IMG/VR virus record: IMGVR_UViG_2627854143_000002
Length of the DNA stretch: 14,559 nt
Source of the DNA: a virus
Taxonomy: Duplodnaviria > Heunggongvirae > Uroviricota > Caudoviricetes
Reading direction: 5' to 3' (one strand)
Positions within the stretch are counted from its first letter, which is position 1. Each line of letters opens with the position of its first letter. Both the position numbers and the translations under genes were made by a program. Of the stretch, positions 7,812-13,154 are shown in pieces. The notes under the pieces were generated by a model, which saw only the letters and a program-made list of their open reading frames with translations, was not told where the DNA came from and ran no database searches.

Positions 7812-8624
7812 TTACTTGATCTGGACGAACGGGACGCTGCTCGAGCCCATGTACTGGGGGAGCTTGCCGTCCCATTTCTCGATCGCCATCTGTTGCAGGA
7901 TTTGGCTGTTCTCGCGTAGTGCTTTCGCTTTCACCTCGAGCGCTTCGGCCTCGCCCTTGGCGATCGCGACTTGCTTTGCCGCGTCCGCCTCGGCTGCACG
8001 CAGTTCGTTCTCCTTCTGCTGCGCGATCTGCGTCGCTGCGATCTTCCCGTTGATCGAGTTCATGACCTGCTCGGGGAGGCGCATCTGATTCACGAAATAG
8101 ACCTTCTCGACACTGATTCCGACCTTCGCGGCGTTCGCCTTTACCTCGTCCTCGACGCGCTGCTGTAGTGCCGCCTTGCCCCTGCCGTAGACGTCCTCGA
8201 CCGCCATCGACGCGCCAGCGAGATTCAGGGCGTCGCGCACGATCGCGCGCAGGTAGGCGCCCGTGATCTCATCGACTCCGCGCCGATACTTCTGGAACAC
8301 CTTGGGCGCGTTCTCACGCGGGATCGCGTAGCTGACGCCGATGTCGGTGTTGACCGACAACCCCTCCACCGTCTGGAACGTGAACGACTCGTCGGACTTG
8401 CCAGCTTTGTCCCACACGTAGGACTGCGTGAACGTTGGGAAGATGAACATGTCGACGTTGGGCCCGTTGAAGTAGCGGCCGGGGCCTTTCACCTCGACGT
8501 TGACGCCGCGGTCGTCGCCGTAGCGTTGCACCTTCACACCGACGTAGCCGGCCGGGACGTTATCGCAGCCGGCCGCGAGGAACATCGTCGGCGCGAGGAT
8601 CAGAATCAGAAACAGGCGTTTCAC
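7812..8624 (-). CDS. SPFH/Band-7 (prohibitin/HflK/HflC-like) lipoprotein, 270 aa
   Basis: GTG 8624 with AAGGAG RBS. Signal peptide ends in lipobox LAAG-C. SPFH core 'VPAGYVGVKV...FQTVEGLSVNTDIGVSY...LRAIVRDAL...GISVEKV' plus a C-terminal coiled coil 'AAEADAAKQVAIAKGEAEA...IEKWDGKLP'. Confidence 0.92.
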   Translation of the reverse strand: MKRLFLILILAPTMFLAAGCDNVPAGYVGVKVQRYGDDRGVNVEVKGPGRYFNGPNVDMFIFPTFTQSYVWDKAGKSDESFTFQTVEGLSVNTDIGVSYAIPRENAPKVFQKYRRGVDEITGAYLRAIVRDALNLAGASMAVEDVYGRGKAALQQRVEDEVKANAAKVGISVEKVYFVNQMRLPEQVMNSINGKIAATQIAQQKENELRAAEADAAKQVAIAKGEAEALEVKAKALRENSQILQQMAIEKWDGKLPQYMGSSSVPFVQIK

Positions 8625-8803
8625 TTGGTCTCCTTGAAATGAGGGGGGATGAATTTCACAAAGGCGGCGGCATATGCCAGCCACACGAACGGCACGGCGA
8701 GCAGGGTGATGCTGCTGTCCTGATTCACCAGCCACGGGGTGACGATCGACAGCAGCACGAGAAACAGCGCGGCCGCGACGATGAGCTTCGAAGCGGTTTT
8801 GAT
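8621..8803 (-). CDS. Small two-TM membrane protein (60 aa) with an ATC at the expected start position (non-canonical start or inactivated gene)
   Basis: GGAG-ATACCA-ATC-AAA-ACC... reads (M)KTASKLIVAAALFLVLLSIVTPWLVNQDSSITLLAVPFVWLAYAAAFVKFIPPHFKETK*. Its stop overlaps the SPFH GTG. No ATG/GTG/TTG lies between the in-frame stop at 8924-8926 and the ATC. Confidence 0.65.
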   Translation of the reverse strand: MKTASKLIVAAALFLVLLSIVTPWLVNQDSSITLLAVPFVWLAYAAAFVKFIPPHFKETK

Positions 8804-8816
8804 TGGTATCTCCGGT

Positions 8817-8852
8817 AAAAAATGGCGGGGCGCACATACGGGCCGCCCCGCC
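8817..8852 (-). terminator. Intrinsic terminator
   Basis: Minus strand reads GGCGGGGCG-GCCCGTATGTG-CGCCCCGCC-A-TTTTTT (9-bp stem). Confidence 0.8.
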
Positions 8853-8853
8853 G

Positions 8854-8877
8854 AAAGGCCGCGCTTATCCGAGAGGA
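8854..8877 (-). promoter_or_regulatory. Repeated RNA motif, copy 2, 1 nt before the terminator stem
   Basis: Plus strand AAAGGCCGCGCTTATCCGAGAGGA. Confidence 0.6.
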
Positions 8878-8982
8878 AATCCCGCGCGCGGCGAGCGGGG
8901 AACTGCGGTGTGGGTTGCGTTGGTCACAAAATGCCAGGCGTCCGGAGCGCCGGAATGTACGTGGTTATGGGATAAGTCGTCG

Positions 8983-8992
8983 TGCTACGATT
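8983..8992 (+). promoter_or_regulatory. Extended -10 promoter element TGCTACGATT
   Basis: Exact copy of the 1563 and 1876 motif, 24 nt before ATG 9017. Confidence 0.6.
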
Positions 8993-9016
8993 CGCGCCAA
9001 AACAGATGAGGACGTG

Positions 9017-9706
9017 ATGAAAAACTGGAAGCTCGTTGGCGGTTCGCTCGCTGTGATGGTGGCGGTCTTTGGCGTGTCTTACTTCTGTGCCATGATCGGC
9101 GGGAAAGGTGATTACGATCGATCGATCATGGCCGGTTGGCTGCAGGCAATTGGCTCTATTGCTGCAATTGTTGGTGCCCTGTGGGTCGCAGAGCGTCAAG
9201 CGAAAGGCGCAATCGAGTCGATAAAGATGCAGGTGGCTCGAGCGGCGCAAGATAGGCGCGACTCTGCTGTTGCCATTGCTGACGCGGCGTGGGAAAGGGC
9301 TGAGATGATCCGCTCAACAATGTCGATCGCAGACGTCAACGCGGTGCGGGTCGAACTCTACAAGACGTATGATCGTTCGATAATCGACGGGCTTGTTCGC
9401 GCGCTGCAGGGTATTCCAATGCACGAGATCGGCTCGAGCAAGGGGGTGTCGGAGCTGTTGCTGCTCATTGATCAATTCACCTTCCTCGCACGTTCCATTC
9501 AGGTGTTCTTTGACGGACCAATGCGTGATCCTGAGGTGGGTCCAAACATTGAACAGTATCTCAACGGTTCAGCTGAGGACCGAAAGATCGGGCATGATAT
9601 GCACGCGCAAGTCGTCGAGGTGTACAGAGGGAACGTCTATCAGCATCTCAATGCAATACGCGAGCACTACAACTGCTTTTCTGATGCGCTTTCAAAGTTG
9701 GTCTGA
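9017..9706 (+). CDS. Membrane-anchored hypothetical protein (moron opposite to the early operon), 229 aa
   Basis: GAGG at 9008-9011, then ATG 9017. Two hydrophobic segments; the second is 'AGWLQAIGSIAAIVGALWVA', similar to the 2319 protein. Confidence 0.8.
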   Translation: MKNWKLVGGSLAVMVAVFGVSYFCAMIGGKGDYDRSIMAGWLQAIGSIAAIVGALWVAERQAKGAIESIKMQVARAAQDRRDSAVAIADAAWERAEMIRSTMSIADVNAVRVELYKTYDRSIIDGLVRALQGIPMHEIGSSKGVSELLLLIDQFTFLARSIQVFFDGPMRDPEVGPNIEQYLNGSAEDRKIGHDMHAQVVEVYRGNVYQHLNAIREHYNCFSDALSKLV

Positions 9707-9777
9707 TTGACCGTTCTGCATAAGTCTGGCACTTTGATGATGCGGAGCGCAATGCTGCGAAAAGGACTCAATGGCGC

Positions 9778-9933
9778 TTACCGCAGTGCGTCGGCACGAA
9801 ACGCGGCGCAGAGGAACCACACACAGCCGATAGTGATGCCGTAGGCGAGGATCATCCCGACAGCCCGAGCGAGACGCCCGTTCGGCCGAGCGCACGCGGC
9901 GAGTAGGTCATTGTCGAAAGCGACTCTGTTCAT
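9778..9933 (-). CDS. Small membrane protein, 51 aa (not in ORF track)
   Basis: MNRVAFDNDLLAACARPNGRLARAVGMILAYGITIGCVWFLCAAFRADALR*; one TM; fills the operon gap. Confidence 0.6.
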   Translation of the reverse strand: MNRVAFDNDLLAACARPNGRLARAVGMILAYGITIGCVWFLCAAFRADALR

Positions 9934-9954
9934 GATGGTCTCGTGTCGTCGCAA

Positions 9955-10173
9955 TTACCGACGGTATGCATGGGTCGACGCGGCGAAAGGCTCGATGGAC
10001 GTATCGGCTGCCGGCTCAATGCGCTGCATGGCGCCGGACGGCATGAGCTCGATTGCGTCGAGGCAATGTCCGGCGAAGTAGTTGCGATCATGGCGTTCGA
10101 TGGCGTCTTGGAGCTTGGCCCATGTCAGGGTTTCACGGACGTTGTATTCGTGATTTGCATGGATGTGAAGCAT
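9955..10173 (-). CDS. Phage hypothetical protein, 72 aa
   Basis: MLHIHANHEY... with GGGGA RBS. The track's longer version overlaps the upstream gene. Confidence 0.6.
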   Translation of the reverse strand: MLHIHANHEYNVRETLTWAKLQDAIERHDRNYFAGHCLDAIELMPSGAMQRIEPAADTSIEPFAASTHAYRR

Positions 10174-10220
10174 CGCGGTCCCCGGTGGGTTGTGATTGCC
10201 CGCAGGGCGGGCGCGGTTGG

Positions 10221-10436
10221 TCAGACGTGCCAATGCGCGGTATCGATCACGCGAGCGGCGTTCACTTGATTTGCAAGACGCATTGCTTGCTCTTTGGTGA
10301 AGAAAGCCTCGACGCGCGGCCCTTCGTGGTACAGGACACGGCCGCGCGCCACCAAAACTTGCACGTACCACGCGTCATCCGGTGCGTCCGCGCCTACCTT
10401 GTGCGCCGACGCAACTGCAATTTCGATTCGAGCCAT
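10221..10436 (-). CDS. Phage hypothetical protein, 71 aa
   Basis: Clear AGGAG RBS; fits the operon tiling. Confidence 0.7.
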   Translation of the reverse strand: MARIEIAVASAHKVGADAPDDAWYVQVLVARGRVLYHEGPRVEAFFTKEQAMRLANQVNAARVIDTAHWHV

Positions 10437-10465
10437 CGTCGTTCTCCTGTAGCGGCCGGGGTTGG

Positions 10466-10573
10466 TCAGTGCATGTGGTGCTCGTCGTCCCCGATGCGCT
10501 TCACTGCACGCGCAACCTCGACAACGAGCCAGAGAATCAGCAGGGCAAAAGCCCCGATTACGAAGTGCTTCAC
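10466..10573 (-). CDS. Single-TM micro-protein, 35 aa (not in ORF track)
   Basis: GTG start with GGAGG 8 nt upstream; MKHFVIGAFALLILWLVVEVARAVKRIGDDEHHMH*. Confidence 0.6.
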   Translation of the reverse strand: MKHFVIGAFALLILWLVVEVARAVKRIGDDEHHMH

Positions 10574-10574
10574 C

Positions 10575-10706
10575 TCAGCAGCCTCCGCGAAGATCTTCGA
10601 TGCCCTGAGCGATCAGATCGCTTGCAACTTCGCGCAACAGGTGCTCGACAAGCGCGCCGCGAGGCAGACGGCGCAGTTCGAGGAGGTTCTTTGCGGCTTG
10701 GCTCAC
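10575..10706 (-). CDS. Small helical protein, 43 aa (not in ORF track)
   Basis: AGGAG-N6-GTG; MSQAAKNLLELRRLPRGALVEHLLREVASDLIAQGIEDLRGGC*. Confidence 0.65.
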   Translation of the reverse strand: MSQAAKNLLELRRLPRGALVEHLLREVASDLIAQGIEDLRGGC

Positions 10707-10715
10707 GATCGGCTC

Positions 10716-10943
10716 CTAGACCTTGAGTCCGATCGACCGTAGAAAGAGGCGTCGGTCGTATTCGAGCTTTAACCGGGCCGCGTGCCGCATAGCATGGGCG
10801 CGGCCGATGTTCTCGCTGTACCGATGAGATAGGCCGAGTACCGCCCACGTCTCACGGCTCGCGTTTGCGCTGACTTCGAGGTCCGCTGCTGCGTTTTCGA
10901 GCCACTCGACCGACACGGTCGGCAGCTTCCGTTTCGATTCCAC
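10716..10943 (-). CDS. First well-supported gene of the PL operon, 75 aa hypothetical
   Basis: AAAGGAG-N5-GTG start (MESKRKLPTVSVEWLENAAADLE...). Confidence 0.7.
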   Translation of the reverse strand: MESKRKLPTVSVEWLENAAADLEVSANASRETWAVLGLSHRYSENIGRAHAMRHAARLKLEYDRRLFLRSIGLKV

Positions 10944-11369
10944 TGGATCTCCTTTCGAAGGGGCACGATCGCGAGCCTCGTTTCCCCTCATGATTTAGTA
11001 GTCCGAATTCAATACAACGATCAGGGCGTAACACCAATCGATCTGCTTCCTTGTCAGTTTTCATGGGATGGGGCCACTGCCGCGACTTCCGGCTTCGCTT
11101 TCCCCTCCGAACGACAATCCGGCTATCTCGCGAACCGCCACGTGCGTCGCGACCAACTCCGGCGTCCTCTGGCTCCCTCGCCGCGGCCAGACCATGTCCG
11201 CATCGGCAGGACCCCATCTCATGAAAGCTGAGTGGTGTCGGGCGCTACCCCGTTTCTCGGCTACACCGTAGAGCCGGCCGGTTGCTCCCTCGCGGGTCCC
11301 GGCGCGCTAGCACTCTTAAAGATCGACCGCTTCGGCGGCGGCGCAGCGTTCAGTGCCGCGCTGGATCAA

Positions 11370-11397
11370 ACTATACGCGAATGAATGGAAAAGGCAA
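11370..11397 (-). promoter_or_regulatory. PL-like early leftward promoter
   Basis: Minus strand TTGCCT(11397-11392)-N16-TATAGT(11375-11370), overlapped by an operator. Confidence 0.7.
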
Positions 11398-11422
11398 GAG
11401 AAATCTATTCTCGAATGAATGG
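11371..11422. promoter_or_regulatory. OL: two 18-bp operators
   Basis: CTATACGCGAATGAATGG (11371-11388) and CTATTCTCGAATGAATGG (11405-11422), 16/18 identical; the same motif occurs twice between cI and cro. Confidence 0.8.
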
Positions 11423-11526
11423 TTTGTTGTGAGAGAGCAATTGGGGCGGCATGCTTGTGCGGCTGACTTAGGTGGCGTTGGTGAAGGCCCACGCTAGACA
11501 GAACGGGTGGATTGGGGACCAGGCAA

Positions 11527-11859
11527 ATGAATCAATGTAGGATCGCGGTCGCGATTACTGTTGCGGCTGCGCTCACGGCGTGCGGGGACAATGATGGCGG
11601 GCTCGAGGCGGCGCTTAGGGAGCGAGATTCGCGGGCGATCTCCTTGTGCCGGGAATACGCAAGATCTCGAGCGAGTCACCCTAGCACTGTCGACTTTTCT
11701 ACTTGGGGCGCCCGGGTGGTCGAGCAGCCCGACGGTAGCGTCATTGCGCGATCGACGTTTACTGCAAGAAATGGCTTCGGGGCCGAGGTGAAGTTCGAAG
11801 TCGCCTGCCAAGTGAACGGAAGCGGGGTGGTCGATGGAGCGGTCCGCGAGGCTAGCTGA
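11527..11859 (+). CDS. Lipoprotein, 110 aa
   Basis: Signal peptide 'MNQCRIAVAITVAAALTA-C' (lipobox). Mature part has two further Cys and a 'PSTVDF...TARNGFGA...FEVAC' beta-rich pattern. Confidence 0.8.
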   Translation: MNQCRIAVAITVAAALTACGDNDGGLEAALRERDSRAISLCREYARSRASHPSTVDFSTWGARVVEQPDGSVIARSTFTARNGFGAEVKFEVACQVNGSGVVDGAVREAS

Positions 11860-11887
11860 TAGCGAAGTGTTCCTGCCGCGCTAAACT

Positions 11888-11917
11888 AAGAAGCCCTGAC
11901 CGTTGGCAGGGCTCTTC
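11888..11917. terminator. Hairpin between converging genes, possibly a bidirectional terminator
   Basis: AGCCCTG(11892-98)-ACCGTTGG-CAGGGCT(11907-13) with purine/pyrimidine-rich flanks; no long U tract. Confidence 0.5.
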
Positions 11918-11918
11918 A

Positions 11919-12425
11919 TCACTTCACGGCCTTGATTGGGTTCTTTTTCCAACTCTCAGCGAGTTGCTCGAGCTCTTGGAAGAACGTGTCTTTTCCCTCG
12001 ATGCGCCGCACTTCGTGGATGAAGCCGCGGGCTGAATTCCATACTTTGAGGACGTTCGAGCACTGCATTCGTTTGTAGATCTTTTCGTCGAATGCCCCTA
12101 GCCGAATTCCGAGTGCGATGAACTCGTGGTTGTTGAGGACCTTGAGAATCGCATCGCGTTCGCTACTATGCTGCTTCACGAAGTCGCTGAACTGTGAGTT
12201 CTCACGATGAAGCCTGAAGACTAAGGCGGTCGCATCGAGCAACTCCTTGTCAGTCTTCTGGTGAATCATCAGGTCAATCAGGGCTTTGGTTCTGTTTTGT
12301 TTTCCGTTGTAGTAGATGACGGCAACACCAGCGAGCGCGGAAATTAAAAAGGCTCCTGTTTGTATCCAGAAGCCCCAAGTTTCCCCAAGCCAGCCGACCG
12401 TCTTTGCGATCTGCTGGCACTCCAT
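11919..12425 (-). CDS. DUF4760-like membrane-anchored protein, 168 aa
   Basis: N-terminal TM 'WGFWIQTGAFLISALAGVAVIYY'. Core 'LNNHEFIALGIRLGAFDEKIYKRM...VWNSARGFIHEVR...FFQELEQLAESW' matches my recollection of the DUF4760 consensus. Confidence 0.8.
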   Translation of the reverse strand: MECQQIAKTVGWLGETWGFWIQTGAFLISALAGVAVIYYNGKQNRTKALIDLMIHQKTDKELLDATALVFRLHRENSQFSDFVKQHSSERDAILKVLNNHEFIALGIRLGAFDEKIYKRMQCSNVLKVWNSARGFIHEVRRIEGKDTFFQELEQLAESWKKNPIKAVK

Positions 12426-12461
12426 TTAGCCGTCCCAGCCTTCCATCAGAGCCTTCTTCAT
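12426..12461 (-). CDS. 11-aa micro-ORF MKKALMEGWDG directly upstream of the DUF4760 gene
   Basis: GGGGGA RBS-N6-ATG AAG AAG GCT CTG ATG GAA GGC TGG GAC GGC TAA, immediately followed by the ATG of the DUF4760 gene in the same frame. Confidence 0.6.
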   Translation of the reverse strand: MKKALMEGWDG

Positions 12462-12746
12462 GGTGATTCCCCCGTGGTTAGAGTTGTGGATTCCTTGGTG
12501 GCGATCGCACTGTACTGACCCAGTAATAACATGATTACAAAGCCATCAACTTCAAGTGCATCCTTCGTCGGAAGGTGATGGCATTGTACGTCAGATCGTC
12601 AGGCAATGTGTTACGTAGTGATACGGAGTGAGACGAACTGACACGTTGCAGGAACCTGTACGAAATTGGGGTACGCCCCGGCCAATGATTGAAATCTCAG
12701 GCCGAATCGTCGGCCGCATGGACATCGTATACGCTGCCTAACATAG

Positions 12747-12776
12747 TTGAAAGCTCCCCAATTCTGAGGCTAAACT
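12747..12776 (+). promoter_or_regulatory. Sigma70-type promoter adjacent to a LexA box
   Basis: TTGAAA(12747-52)-N18-TAAACT(12771-76). Confidence 0.6.
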
Positions 12777-12777
12777 A

Positions 12778-12793
12778 CTGTACATGCATACAG
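12778..12793. promoter_or_regulatory. LexA (SOS) box
   Basis: CTGT-ACATGCAT-ACAG within TACTGTACATGCATACAGTG: a perfect CTGT-N8-ACAG with an alternating spacer, 40 nt before ATG 12834. Confidence 0.9.
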
Positions 12794-12833
12794 TGTTCTA
12801 AGCAGGTAAGAGGGGGCTAGGGTGGAACGAGAG

Positions 12834-13154
12834 ATGAGCGCAGGGGGGCTGCGGTGCCGGCCGGGGGACTTGGCCAGGGTGGTGGACGCATGGAATCCTG
12901 CCTTGGTCGGCCGGATCGTGCTGATAAAGATGGCCCACTCCGAAACAGAGTGGGTTGTGACGTTGTTGGGCGAGCCTGGCGTAACGCTAACGAAAAACAG
13001 AACGCGGATGGTCGCAAGTAATTCGGCACTGGCCTACGATTCGGCGCTGGAGCCGATTCGTGCCGTTGAGGTCGGCATCGCCGACCAAATTACGGCTGGA
13101 GATGCGGAAGGTTACCGTCGTCGTCAGAGTTGTGCTGCGCCGGTATCGATCTAA
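12834..13154 (+). CDS. SOS-regulated hypothetical protein, candidate antirepressor, 106 aa
   Basis: MSAGGLRCRPGDLARVVDAWNPALVGRIVLI... has a beta-rich N-terminus. It lies downstream of the LexA box and overlaps the cI 3' end by 65 nt. GTG 12822 is an alternative start. Confidence 0.7.
   Translation: MSAGGLRCRPGDLARVVDAWNPALVGRIVLIKMAHSETEWVVTLLGEPGVTLTKNRTRMVASNSALAYDSALEPIRAVEVGIADQITAGDAEGYRRRQSCAAPVSI

Noticed and set aside
7812-8837. 341-aa version of the SPFH ORF
   Set aside because: The extension starts inside a terminator hairpin and overlaps the two-TM gene. GTG 8624 has a strong SD and places the lipoprotein signal at the N-terminus.
8924-9250. 108-aa minus-strand ORF
   Set aside because: Mostly antisense to the 9017 moron and runs across its promoter; no SD or domain evidence.
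10852-11217. 121-aa ORF with an Arg-rich patch (RRGKRSRKSR) as an N-type antiterminator
   Set aside because: No SD, it overlaps the well-supported 10943 gene in another frame, and Arg-rich stretches are common in spurious GC-rich frames; no nut boxA/boxB pair was identifiable.
11371-11422. Spaced direct repeat as a CRISPR-like array
   Set aside because: Only two 18-bp units with a 16-nt gap, overlapping a promoter and matched at cI/cro; better explained as operators. No CRISPR array, tRNA or rRNA was seen in the window.
12510-12525. CTGTACTGACCCAGTA as a second LexA box
   Set aside because: CTG-to-CAG spacing is 8 or 3 nt rather than the required 10.
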